Below the pieces are notes generated by a model. The model saw nothing but the letters and a program-made list of their open reading frames with translations, ran no database searches and was not told the DNA's origin. Made by a program: the position numbers and the translations under genes. Positions 49,970-63,268 of a stretch of DNA of 64,000 bases are shown piece after piece (within the stretch, counting starts at the first letter, position 1; each line of letters starts with the position of its first letter). Source of the DNA: Fimicolochytrium jonesii (lineage: Eukaryota); contig NW_026515681.1 of NCBI RefSeq assembly GCF_025526975.1, positions 620,001 to 684,000 on the forward strand, in the 5' to 3' direction.

Positions 49970-50406
49970 TCATTGATCCTCCAACGAAAAACACCCCCCA
50001 CCCACACCCCTCGCCAACGTCACCGCCGCGCTCCGCATATGCACGCTCTCGGCTAGCGATGTTGGTATCAGTGAAGATGTCAATGCTGTCGTCTAAAAAA
50101 ACGTAAAGATCAATTAAGAGGCAAAAGGAGAATGAACATAACCGTCGCTCGCAGAAGCGCTATATCGGGGTTTTCACATACCGTGGCGAGCCGGATATGG
50201 CACCCCGACATGGGGGTAGTTGATTGTGGTGCCGCAGACGAGGAGAAAGTCCGTTGCGGTGGTGGTGGTGGTGATGCGGCAGCGGGGCGACGGTATGATT
50301 GCGATTGTGTTGGTGGTGGTGCTGATGCCGAAGAGGAGGACGGTCGTTGTGAGGAGGAATGTGCTGAGCGTGGGCGGGATTTGAAGCAGCGGGTTGGGCG
50401 GAACAT
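49970..50406 (-). CDS. Small hypothetical protein with a mitochondrial-presequence-like N-terminus (2 exons)
   Basis: MFRPTRCFKSRPRS...RTFSSSAA...CHIRLAT, a GTATGT...TTTTAG intron, then TTALTSSLIPTSLAES...SLEDQ*. No family was recognised. Confidence 0.4.
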
Positions 50407-50811
50407 TTTTGAGTGATGTTCGACACGAGGGGATGTGTGAAGTTGACGGTGAAGGCAAGGGGGGTTTGAGGTATGCTGTGGCCGGTGCAGACTGATAGAG
50501 TATGGCGGGCCGGGGATCGAGGTCAATTTTCGTAGGAGGAAAAAACGGAATCCCGACAGGAGGGGAAAACACGCGCGCCAGAAAGCCAGAAAGTGAAGGT
50601 GTTGCCAGGCGTTGTGAATTGACAATTGAGGCTCCTTTTCGTGTTGTGCAGCGTGGCCTTGGCAAGGCCGCACTATCACTCCCAGCATCACCCAGCACAG
50701 GCACCACAGCAACCCACCACTCAAAAGGCGGTAGTCTGCACAGATATCCCTCCATCACATCCACAAAGCGTAGTAGGGACAACCATCCCTTCATCCTCTC
50801 CATCCCGCCAA

Positions 50812-52469
50812 ATGAGCATCCCACACCCATTGCAATCCCCACCGCAACCGCCACCCCAACTAAACTCACCATCCACAGCGAGCACGCCATCACCAGTAGC
50901 CGCCGACGTCGGAAATTCGACGGTCCATTTGAGGAAGATGTCGACGGCGGGGAGTCAGAGGGGGGTGCACCAGGATGGGAGTGGGGCGAGTGAGAGGCAG
51001 GGCGAAAGACGGGCGCCGGGGCTGGGGCAGGCGCAGGCGCCACCGGGGAGGACGAAAAAAGGTTTGTATGGGTGCAGGCAAGTGGTGTGCGAGAGTAATG
51101 CGATGAATTGTCGTAGATGATGTGAACGTGTGGAGTCTGACAAGCGCACTCCCCTAGCAAAACCATGGAAACAGCAAAACCTCCCCTACTACTTCCCCAT
51201 CCTAACCCCCGCTCTCGTCACAACCCCTCTCCTCCTCGTCGCCGCCCTCTTCATCCCCCTCGGCGCCTACCTGCACCACGCAAACACCTCCCTCTCCGAA
51301 ATCGGGTTCGACTACACCGAGTGCTCCACCCTCGCCTCCACCACCTACGCGCCGCCACCTCCCCACGTCTCCTCCAATGTCCAGGCGTGGAAATACGATC
51401 CTGCGACGTCCACATGCACGCTGCAGCTCGCCGTCGGGTGGACGCTCCCCGCCCCAGTGTTTATGTACATCGCGCTGACAAATTTCTACCAAAATCACCG
51501 GCTGTACGTCAAATCGCTGTCTCACGACCAACTGAAGGGCAAGGCGTTCATGAAAGCAGGGGACATCACGGGGATATGCTCGTGGCTGCAGTATGCGAAT
51601 TGCGATAAGGCGCGGCAGGTGGGGACGTGGCAGGGGGTGGGGAATATGGCGGATATGAACCCGGATTGTAGGAAAGGGGAAGGTGAACGGGATGCGGTTG
51701 TGAAGAATGCGGTGACGGATGCGCAGTATTATCCGTGTGGGTTGATTGCGAATTCTGTGTTTTCGGGTATGACCTGCGCCGAGTCCGTTTTGCACTCCTC
51801 ACGTTGCACGCCCTGACCATCGAGATCTTCTCCACCGTGGTAGACGACATCGGCGCCCTCTCCCCAACCGGCTCCGCCCCAACAACAACCACCCCCTACA
51901 CCTTCGCCACAACTGACATAGCCTGGCCCGAAGACCGCGAATCCTACGCCCTCTCCACCTGGTTCACCGATCCCTCTCTCGCCTCCCAAATCCCCACCAC
52001 CCTCATCCCACCACCCCAATGGCGGTGGAAATACCCCCAGGGCTACAACGCCACCAACCACCCGGACCTCAGCACCGACCAACGCCTCATGGTCTGGATG
52101 CGGAAAGCGGGATTCCCATCTTTTCGGAAATTATGGGGGAAGAACGCGGACGCGGATCTGGTGAAGGGGGTGTATGAGCTAGCGATTGTGGATCGGTTCG
52201 ATGTACGGCGGTTTGAGGGCACCAAAGGCGTGTACTTCTCGACGTTAGGCCCGTTGGGGAGTCGGGAGAGTTTTGTGGGGATTATGTTGCTGGCGGTGGG
52301 TGCCCTGGCTGGGTTTTTGGCGTTTGTGGTGTGGGTCGTTCGGGTTAGGTATGTTTACATGATAACGGTGGGTTTCTGCATGAGACTGACTTTGTGCAAT
52401 GTTAGGAAACTCGGCGACCGGTCCTACCTCTCCTGGAACGCTGACAAGCCGCCGGCTTTGCGGAACTAG
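50812..52469 (+). CDS. CDC50/LEM3 family flippase beta subunit; multi-exon
   Basis: WKQQNLP..PILTP, DYTEC, PVFMYIALTNFYQNHRLYVKS, YYPCGLIANSVFS, IAWPED, VWMRKAGFPSFRKL and RKLGDRSYLSWN. The start is inferred through an intron at ~51062-51157. Confidence 0.9.
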
Positions 52470-53027
52470 ACGATCGCTAACCTCACTCGGATACCGTTTT
52501 CTGCTTCCTATACCATCCACACCTCCTATGACTTCGCACCGCACCCTCCATTAATCATATCTCAGTGCGGAATATCGCACAACTTTTTTTTGGGATGCTC
52601 TCCCCACAGAGCCCCTGACTCCGTATTGTACATTTCATACTATGCCAATTCAGATCATCATTTTTGCGTTGTTTTCCGTGTGCTCAGGTCGCTCGATCGT
52701 TGACGGTTGCCGAAACCGCTCGTGGAAATGCGCGCCTTGCGTCTCTTGGGTTTCCTTCACCTCCCGTCCAACCGAACTCCAAATGACGCCGGAGAGCCCA
52801 CGACGACGGCGAACGCACAGCATTAACGAACCTCCAGCCACTTCCACTTAGAGATACAGTGTACACGGCAGCATGCCAACAGTGGCCTTCTGTGCAGACC
52901 CATCTAGACTTTGCTGCTTTCGGAATTCTCGGTTTCTGCGTTGAGAAGAATTTTCGGCGAGCAATTCGACAAGCAACTCGAGAGACAGTACCTGTACCAT
53001 AGAACATATAGAAAAGGACCGCACAGT

Positions 53028-54030
53028 ATGACGGGCAGAGACACCGCCGCAGTGGTCGTAGGCTACGCCGCCCTCGTCTTTTGGTCCTTCCAGCTGCTTC
53101 CCCAAGGTACCGTTCCATCCTGCCCTCTGCAACGTCACTCGTACTGACTGTCGCCCTCCCTATCTGCAGTACTGAAATCCTTCCGCGCGAAATCCACTGG
53201 CGGCCTCAGCGCCACCATGATGTTCCTCTGGGCGATCTGGACGCCGTTCTTTGCGGCGTACGCGCTGTACTCGGGCCTCAAGCTTCCGCTGATTATACAG
53301 CCGAATTTGTTTGGGTTCTTTGCGGCGGTTTGTTTTGTGCAGGTTTTGCATTATCCTGCTGAGCGTGGGGAAGAAGGTGGACAGCATACTAGTGAGGAGG
53401 GATCGGATGGGGGCCGCAAAGTGGGCAGGTGGAAGAAGGTGTTTGGGAGGACGTGGGTGGCGGTTGGGATGTTGGGAGTGTGTTTGATGCTGTTGGGTGG
53501 TGCTGAGGCTGGGTTGTATTATGCGATTTGTGCGGTACGTTTTTTTCGTGCGAAGCCGATGGACAAAGCTTCAAGAGGATTGGTTCTAAAATTGGTTTGG
53601 CTGCTGTTATATCAGGCGGACGAAGCCGGCACAAAAAGCGGCGGCGACTTCGTGACAGCCATGGGGATTATGCCCACCATCCTCATCATCGGCGGGTTCC
53701 TCCCGCAGTACATCGACATCTTCCGTAAGTCCCCCCTCCTCTTTCCTCCCATCCAACTCTGCTCAACCCAACCCCTCCTTTCCTCCCTCCCCTCCAGGAA
53801 CAAGCATAGTAGACGGAATATCCCAACCCTTCCTCCTCATGGACATCCTCGGCGCCGTCCTCTCGCTCATCGCGCTTGGGCTCGAGCCGCCGCCGTTCGA
53901 TTGGCTGAATGCGGGGAGTTATTTGGCGGTGGGCATTTTGGATGTGGGAATCTTGGTGCTTATTAGGGTTTATACGTGGAGGAAGGGCGGGAGGGGAGAG
54001 AAGGGGGTTGTGGTGCCGGAGATGGTGTAG
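53028..54030 (+). CDS. PQ-loop repeat membrane transporter
   Basis: FWSFQLLPQ|VLKSFRAKSTGGLS and GGFLPQYIDIF...GIS..FLLMDILGAVLSL. Confidence 0.88.
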
Positions 54031-54476
54031 AGGTTTGTTCAAGGCGTAGGTTGGATTGCGGCGGGTGGATAGAGGTTAGATAGAGGAATGTTTTTGGAAT
54101 ATTTAATACCGATAGCATTTGAGTTGCTCACGTCTTCGCTCAACCTGTAGGTTTGCATATAGGACCGAATCTGGCCTTGGTAGATTCCTATGCCTTCTTC
54201 TCTCCAACCTTGTGTATTGATGACTACAGTACGGACGAGGCATTTATGGGTCGCTCGGTATACAGGTCGACAGCCTCAGCGGCCTCTGTTCAAGACGGTT
54301 AGATTGCATTTCGCATCGCGTTTACCGCTTATCTAACCATAACGCTGTCGGAGTTGCCAACCTCAGCCGTCAAAAGCCGCATCTCACATCCAACCCCAGC
54401 TTCCGCCATCCCAACCTCGCATCCTCGACCACAACTACCTCGCTCACCTTCACTTCACCCTCATCAAAACCCCACC

Positions 54477-55256
54477 ATGTCAAAACCCACCATCTACGTC
54501 GTAATCTACAGCACCTGGGGCCACGTCAAGACGCTCGCGGACAGCATCATCAAAGGCCTCAACGACGGCGGGCAGGTCAACGCGGAGCTGTACCGCGTCG
54601 CCGAAACGCTGCCTCAGGAGGTGCTGGATAAGATGCATGCGGCCAAGTTTGATGATATCCCCGTGTTGGATCCGAAGGACTTGGTTAAGGCTGATGCGTT
54701 TTTGTTCGGGATTCCGTAGGTTTATTTGCGGGCTTTTTGGAGCAACGTTGTTTGGGTGTGATGCATGGGACTAAAGAGATGTGAAAATTTCCGTGCAGCA
54801 CGCGATACGGAGTCCCCGCAGCGCAAGTCAAAGCTTTCTGGGACGCCACCGGCGGTCTCTGGTCCACAGGCGCACTGATCGGAAAGTACGCTGGCGCCTT
54901 TACATCCACTGCGTCCCAGCACGGTGGTCAAGAGACTACTATCTACACCTTCATCCCGCACTTGGTTCACCATGGCATCATTTTTGTTCCTCTTGGTAAG
55001 CACCCTCATCTCCCGTGTTGATGACAGTTTTGGGGGCTACTCAACATTGATTTATTATGGGTACACAGGATACCAAAGCAAAGTCCTCTTCAGCAACGAA
55101 GAAGTGATCGGCGGCTCTCCATGGGGCGCAGGCACGATTGCCAACGGGGATGGATCCAGGCAGCCGTCTGCGCTCGAGTTGGAGGTTGCCGAGACGCAGG
55201 GCAAGACTTTTGCGGCTACCGTTCTTAAGGCGTGGAAGCCTGTCGCTGCCGAATGA
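54477..55256 (+). CDS. Flavodoxin-like NAD(P)H:quinone oxidoreductase (WrbA/Pst2 family)
   Basis: [46 protein letters not shown] and GGSPWGAGT. Confidence 0.95.
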
Positions 55257-55660
55257 GAACTTTTTGTCGTTGAACGATCTGGAGTTTACATGGGACTTGT
55301 ATTGTAAGAGTTTCCATGTACGTCTTTGGGGACCAATGGGTTATGCAGCAATAGAGTGTGGGCACGGGAATCATCTTATAGGCTGAACGTTTAAATGAAG
55401 ACCAATATGTATGGCTATTGAATGCCAGTTGCTTGTCGTGTCATCTCGAATGTTGGACCCTGTCTCCGAAAGGGGTATGCCAGGCGCGGTCTTAGCCTGA
55501 GGGCTTCAAATTTATCGAGCCTGCCGTCTCGCTACGCGTCTCATCAGCAAGGACCAAGTGCGTGAGAACATGTTCGCTGCGTTGAACCCTCCCAACCGAC
55601 CCCGAACAAACCACATATCTACAGTACCTGCCCTCATTCCCACCTCAACCCCACCCACAA

Positions 55661-57434
55661 ATGGCAGGAGAAACCCCCGCCCGAAAGCTCACACCAATCT
55701 TCGGCACAACCTTCGCCGACTTCGGCTATAAAATCGACTCAGAAACCCGGTTACGGCAGATCGCCAATGACGAGCCGTTCGAATTCAACGTCCGCCAGGG
55801 GGATAAGCGGTGGAATCAGATGCATTATGAGGCACTTGCTGGTGGGTGACGCGAACGAGAAATGTTATTGGGCGTGTGGAATGTGAAGATTGACGCGGGA
55901 TTGATCACCCCATAGACGTAGTTGGGAAATACATTGAAGACGAGCTTGTAGCGACGCATGGATTCGATAGGGTCGTGATACCGGTGGATGCGAATCTGAC
56001 GGAGCCGACGAGCAAGATTTTCCTCACGTATGGGGCCGCTTTAAGTGAATATGAACGTTCGAAGCGAGGGCTCAAGTCTTTGAAAGCACAGTCCCGACGC
56101 TTTTACGGCGGATAGACTGCTTCTGCTCGTTGCTGGCGTCGGCGTGAGGTATTTGCGACTGGGTTGCGGGACTAGCAGCGTCTGTGGGCGATTGCAAACC
56201 AACATCTGATATGGACTCTAGCGTCGGACAGTGGGCGAGAAGCATCGTCATGAATGACAGCATCAATGTGAGTCCGCCATCTTTCTTGCCCCATTGATTG
56301 ATTCCGTGAACGACTGTTGACGGAATCGGTCGCAGGAGGGGTCTTTCTTCAACTACATTGTACAAGCGAAGAGCGAGGGGTATGGGATTGTTGTGCTGGA
56401 TCCGAACGAAACGCGAGATTCGGCGACGGAAGTGGGTGTTCCGCTACTTTTTGCGTCTTATTATGCACTGTGCCCTGAGGCTGACAATGTGTTCATAGAA
56501 ACCTATCCGAGGTACCTTTCGAGTGGCGCGGGGGAACGCGGTACTATGGCTTCTCATAATCTCTGGTTGCGCGGTAGGAAGCGAAACGGCCGTCAGACAC
56601 ACATCATACGTATGGCAGCATTTCATTCGGTATGTGTGGGAGAAACCGCTGTCGAAGCTGTCGGCTGAAGATCGTTCTGACGTCTGAGGATGATAGGAAA
56701 GCAAAAGCGGCAGGGATTTTCATAGTGGCGCATAGCTATGGCGGCGTGTGCACGCTAGCTTTACTGGACAAGTATCGTGCGTGTCGTATCTTGATTGTGA
56801 CTGTCATGATGCTGGCCGGAAGCTGATAGTTGGACAATTATAGAGGACGAGTTTATGCAACGTGTCACTGGTATGTTTGTGATCGAGTAGTTTTGTCGTC
56901 TTGACGGAGCGCAAATCCATCGGACTTTTGACAGCGATTGCATTCACGGATTCTGTCCACGACGTGCGCTCACTCAAGAGCCGTCAATGTAAAGGATGGC
57001 TACAAAAGGTGCGTGCCACATGAAATGTCTCGCATAATCGCAAACGGGTCCTCACTCCATATTTACAGAACGCAGTGAACTGGGCAACATCCGAAAAATC
57101 ACTCAACATCCCGCTCTCAAAAAACAACTCTTCCGGATGTCTCAAGCGATCCGCCGGTACGTTCACGCCCATCCCTTCTTACCTTTCTTTTCAAACTCTT
57201 GATGTTTGCCGCCCCATAGGCCATCCACTACACGCTTACACGACAGTAACGGCGCAAAACTGCGTGTTTAAGTATTTTAGCGCTAAATCGCAGCATCTGG
57301 GGGAGTCGGAGGATGGGAGCGAGGCGAGTGAGAGTGGGAGTGGGAATGGGAGTGGGAGTAGTAAAACAGCGTCACCGAGATCACCGAAGCGAGGGTGTGG
57401 TGGGGAGAGGGTGAGGGAATGTGCGCAATGTTGA
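55661..57434 (+). CDS. FAM172/Arb2-domain alpha/beta-hydrolase-fold protein; multi-exon
   Basis: FGYKID...LRQI, YEALA, GQWARSIVMNDSI, GYGIVVLDPN, IFIVAHSYGG, DSVH and AGH..H. Confidence 0.8.
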
Positions 57435-58281
57435 GTCATGCAGCATTTTACTGAGACCGTCGAGACGACCGCAAACACGAGTCTTTATCAGACTTAGATT
57501 TTGAAGTCCGGCTTACTCTGGAGACGACTCTGGATGTCGCAGCGATCGCTCGCTCTTGCCAGGACTTGCGGTTTCAAGCACCTTTCCTACCGTAGTAGGT
57601 AGAACAACTAGTGTCGTATAGGCATTTTGAAGGTAGCAAGAACCTGTACTGCAGTAAACATGAGGATACCCCTTCCTAGTCCTATCCTCCATTTGACCGC
57701 ACGGACTGTAGTGCCTACGCATGACATGGGGGCCGTCTCCTTTCCTGTCGATGACTTGCACCTTGCCGAGTCAGACTGTCAGACTGTCGGAGTGCGGTCC
57801 ACGCGTAGGATGCATAGCGAGGGAGTGACATAAGGGCCCTGTCTGCGCAACGCGTCGTCCCCATTTGCGCGGATCCTCGCTCGCCCCCCCCCTCTCATTT
57901 TCCCTGGAAATGGACCCCCTTTTTTCCCCATTGATTGCCGCTCCAGAGGGCGCTGGACTTTCCCACTCTGTCCTCAACTCTGCAGTCAAAAGTCAGCAGC
58001 TTCAGAGGGAGGTATAGGATCCACCCACGTCGCCGTCACTCAGCTCTCCCGGCACCTGCGACGGGCGCTTAAGACCAAGTTTGTGGCCTTGAACCGACCG
58101 GCGCCATTTCGGCAGCCCATTTCACATTCCCGACCGCCGACATTGCCCACCCAAGTTCTGACAACAAGGTGCCCAATTTCAAGACGAACAAGGCACCAAG
58201 TTCACTGTCCCATCCACGTCCGGCTGGTTCCCTCGACTACATCAACCTTCCGAAAACGGGAACTACGAGCACTTTCCCACG

Positions 58282-61200
58282 ATGTATTCGCGTCCCAGCT
58301 ATGGCCTGGAAGACCAGCCAGCCGGCCTCTCACGCCAGCGGACGCTCGTACGTCCTGAGCGTCAAAGATCACAGCGCGCCATGTTGAGAAAGACCACCGT
58401 CGGGCCACCGCCTGCTAGAGCTGGTACGTTGGGAGACGCGAGGACGGCTGGCAAAATGAAATTCGACAGCTCACATTCTTTTGTCCATCCAGGCGCCACT
58501 CCGTCCCGCATAGGCCGAAATGGAGTTCCCACTGATGCCCTCCTTCAGTACAAGACGCCCGAAGCGGAGCCGGAGGAAGAGTCTTACTGGTGGGAGCGTA
58601 CCGCCAAAATCATGACTTGCTGCATTTGGCCGAGTTGTATGAGCGCTTGCGGCGGTATGAAGACAAAGGACGTTCAGCAAGCTTGGCGGGAGAAGGTCAG
58701 TCCGTTGCCCATATGTGATAGCCCTAGGAATTGCTATTGACGTGAAACACCCCTAGGTTGCCTTGTGCATGATCGTTGGGCTGCTGTGCCTCACTGTTGG
58801 ATTCTTCACCTATGGCCTCAAGCCCCTGCTCTGTCCCAACGGATCGTCTCCTGACACAGCCTTCTTCAACAAAACCGACCCCAATGTGATTCCTTATCGA
58901 GACGACGTGGTCATTTCCGGCACCCTCTACGACTTTGCGGCAACTCGCGACGTCCTTCATCAAAGGTCGACTGTCAACCTGACTGATGATTGGCACGGCG
59001 TCGATGTCACCCGCCTTTTCCGCCGCTACTCCGCTGACGCGTGTGCAGGATATTCCAACGTGCAGCAGTCCGACTGCATTATTCCCAACAAGTATCCCTT
59101 GTCCCCAGCGCTCGCACCTGGGCCTGCAGAACCGTGCCCAGATCTGGCGTGGTTGAAGGGTGTCAAAACGAGTGGGCGACTCTTCTTTCTCTGGGAAGAA
59201 GTTGCCGCACGCGTGTCGTCGCCTCACACTTTGGTGGTCTACAATGGAGCTGTTTTGAACATCACGGAGTATCTTGCGCGGTCCAACGACACACGGTTTG
59301 TGACGTCGTCCAGACTAAACAAGATCTTGCAAGATGGTGTTGGCAAAGACATCACCTACCTCTTTGGGGGATCGTCGGAGGGTCGCGCGGCCATGCAATG
59401 CTTACTGCAGCAGTACCAAGTCGGATACGTTGATCGACAAAGCAGCGGTTGCGCCGTTTACCAGACCATAATGATTCTTCTGATGATTGTGGTTTTGGGT
59501 GTCGTCGCAGCGCGCTTCATCATGGCTCTAGCGTTTCATTACCTCTTCTCAGACACATTCAAAACGAGCAAATACAGCAACGACTACCGCTCCGCAGGCT
59601 TGTCGGCCAAGCGGAACACATACGATCCGTATGGATTGCCCGTTGGCTCCGTCGCCCGTCCTCAAATCGCCATGAACGATGACATGTACACGATCCTGCT
59701 CGTGACGTGTTACTCGGAAGGCGCTGAAGGAATTCGCGGCACTTTGGAATCTCTCGCTGCTACGGACTATCCTGATGATAAGAAGCTTCTGTATGTCGTT
59801 GCCGACGGATTGATCAAAGGCGAGGATTGGAAAGCTACGGGAAAGACTACACCGGAGGTCATCCTCGATATGATCATTCCCGATCCGGAGTTGGGCCAGG
59901 CACTTCCGAAAAGCTACCTTGCTATTGCGGATGGTGCGAAACAGCACAACATGGCCAAAGTGGTAAGTTTGAATGCATTGGCATCATCGGCCCAACATTA
60001 TTGCTAAGATACCCATTCCTATAGCACGCCGGATACTTCCCATACCTCAATCGACACGTCCCCATTGTTCTGATTGAGAAATGCGGTACACCAGCCGAGC
60101 AGAGCCCCTCCACCGGCAAACCCGGCAACCGCGGCAAACGAGACTCTCAGCTCATCCTTATGAACTTCCTTTCTCGAGTCCTCTTTGCCGACCGCATGAC
60201 AGCCCTGGATCACGACATGTACATCAAGATCGCCCACATCACCGGCGCCACACCCGAACTGTACGAAACCATTCTCATGGTCGATGCCGACACCATCGTC
60301 TCTCCATCCTCCCTTCGCCACATGAACCAGGCCATGAAAGCTGACGATAAAATTATGGGACTGTGTGGCGAGACTCGCATCGCCAACAAACGCCAAAGTT
60401 GGGTTACCACCATTCAAGTTTTCGAGTACTACATCTCCCACCACCTCGGTAAAGCCTTCGAAAGTGTTTTCGGCGGCGTAACCTGCCTCCCTGGCTGTTT
60501 CTGCATGTACCGCATCCGCGCGCATAAAGGCAACACCACCGTCCCGATCCTCGTCAACCCCGACATCGTCGAAGAGTACAGCGAAAACACGGTGGACACG
60601 CTGCACAAGAAGAACCTGCTGTTGCTCGGAGAAGATCGGTTCCTCACCACGCTAATGCTGCGATCGTTCCCGAAGCGGAAGATGGTGTTTGTGCCCAGTG
60701 CTGTGTGCCATACGGTGGTGCCGGACAAATTTTCGGTTCTGTTGAGCCAGCGGAGACGGTGGATTAACTCGACGGTGCATAATTTGCTGGAACTTGTTTT
60801 GCTTAGGGACCTTTGTGGGATTTTCTGCTTTAGTATGCAGTTTGTCATTGCGGTGAGTATCTGCCTTGCGGTTGAGCTCAACTTGGTGGACATGCGTCTC
60901 ATCAGTTTCTACGTCTTTTCGTACTTCCAGCTCGAGCTACTCGGCACAACGATCCTCCCCGCCGCCATCATCTCAACATGGGTCCTCATCTTCACCTCCG
61001 CCGTATCGCCGCAGCCCCTTCCCCTGATCCTCCTCGCCACGTCACTCCTTCTCCCTGGCATGCTCATCGGCCTCACCACGCGAAAGACCCTGTACATTGG
61101 CTACATGTTCATCTACCTGCTTGCCCTGCCGATCTGGAACTTTGTGCTGCCGCTGTACGCGTTCTGGCGGTTTGACGATTTCTCGTGGGGCCAGACGAGG

Positions 61201-62794
61201 GTGGTGGTTGGCGAGAAGGCGGATGGGCATGGGGATAAGGAGGGGGAATTTGAGGTTGGGAGTGTGCCGCTCAAAAGGTACGTACGCACTCGCTGCTTTA
61301 TGATCACCGCATTGGCAAGTTGGAGCTCACATTTGGTTTGTCACCACTCTCAGATTCGGTGAATGGGAAGCAATGCGCTTGCAACAAGTGACCGGGGTGG
61401 ATCAGTCCACGACCAGCTCCTACGTCCGCACTCGCAAATCTCTCCCAACGCTCCCAGAAGTCCCCTACCAAGCTCCCCAGCATCTATCTATGCAACGCTC
61501 CATGGGCCAACTGGGCTCCCCAATGGCTCAAAACCCCTACGCACACACGTCGATGCCGCGCTCGGAACGTCGTGGCGCTGTCGTTGTAGTTCCCAACTCT
61601 ACCTATGACGTTGACTCCGTGCAGTACCATTCCATGCCGCGCGGCTACCCGGGCTACGAAGAAGGTCCAATGGCAACGGACGCCCGATCCAACATGACAG
61701 ACTACCAACCCGACCACCCCTCAATGCGAAAGAAACAAAGCTTCTACTCCGACCGTCATCAAATGAACAATACGCTGAATACCATGCCCAGCGGCACCGT
61801 CGAGCTGAAGGGGTACATCCCGGAACCGGAAGAGGAGCCTGAACAAGAGATTTGGCATGACGACTACACGCAGCAGAATACGACGCATAATCGCACGATT
61901 GGCAAAGCGGAGGCGGCGGTTTCGGCGTATGATTTGAATACCCGTGCTTCGGATCGTCCGACGGCTGAACAACAGAAGCCCACCAAACGGACGCTGGGAC
62001 CGAATGAGTCCGTGGCCGTGTATCATCTGGACACGAGGACGTTTGAGCGTCCTGCTTCGAAAAGTACGCCCACTCTGACTACGCAGACCCCAAGGGGCGA
62101 TATTTCGAGACCAGTCGATAAGGTTACACCGCAAGAGATGTCATACAGAGGCAGAACTCCGGCCAATGAGAGAACTCAACCCCCAACAGCGTATGGGAGA
62201 TCTATTCCCAAGGTTGAGATTGTGGCCGCTACTCCCAACGAGAGGAGCGGGGCCGACTACTTTGAGCAGCCGTCCTCGGCTGGGCAAAGAGGTCAACGTC
62301 CGCCCAGCGCGAATAGATACAACAACGGTCATGAACCACAATCCTCGTGTGCGCAACCGACACCTACCCCCACGCAGCCCTCTCAACGCCCTAAGAGAGA
62401 AAAACGATCCTGGGGCGTCGCCGCAAGCAAGAACATCGCCTCAACAGTCCGCCGTTTCTGGGAAACCGCCGGCGACGACACCGCCATTCCTCCCAACACC
62501 CATAGATCCCACACCTCCTCCCGGTCCTCCTCCCACCCCTTCCCCGCCGACCCCAACACCACCCGCTTCACCACCAACGACGAAAGCATCAGCTACATCG
62601 CCCCCGCCTCGGGCCCCGTCTCCGCCCGGACGTCTGCCGACACGAACCGCGGCAATGAGTACTCGGGCGTGCTGGATAAGACGTTTGGACTAGATGTGGA
62701 GGAGATTAGCTTCAGAGGGGGGCATGACCCGAGTTTTTCGCTTGCGTCTGAGCAGTCATTTGGGGAAGGGGGGAGGCGGTATGCGAGGCGTTGA
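58282..62794 (+). CDS. Chitin synthase, division 2 (class IV / Chs3-like), with a long disordered C-terminal tail
   Basis: [75 protein letters not shown] and DDFSWGQTR. Confidence 0.95.
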
Positions 62795-63268
62795 GTGTTG
62801 CCTCGCTGGCGTATCCTCAACGGCCTTCCTGACATTACGACGTAATCTACTCTGGAACAATCCCTTTGCTTTAATCGTTTTCTGGATCTGGGCGTACATT
62901 TCTGCCTTTCTATGTAGTTTCTTTTCTGTTCCTTTTGTATTTGTGTTTTCCGGCTGTCACATATGTTCCTTACCCTGTACTCTCTTTTCATACCTTTTCT
63001 TTACAAGTTTCTTATTCCATAATACAAAGTTTATTCTGCCTTCCTTACACCCCGTCCTAGCGAGTTTCGAGTGAGCCCAACTTATCGTTGCCCAATGAGA
63101 AACCGTCCAAACCGCCAGAAACGGTAACACTTGCAGGAAGGGAGTAAATCAAGATCGCTAGGGGTACGAGCTCAGCCAGCCGGCCCGCCAGGGAGGATAT
63201 GGAAACAGGACCGGCGAGCGGGCGGGAGGGTAATGATGTGAAGAGCGCCCACCCTTCGGGATGGAGAG

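Noticed and set aside
50174..51166. 330-aa minus-strand hydrophobic ORF
   Set aside because: It is mostly the antisense shadow of CDC50 exon 1 and the promoter, with composition driven by the C/G blocks.
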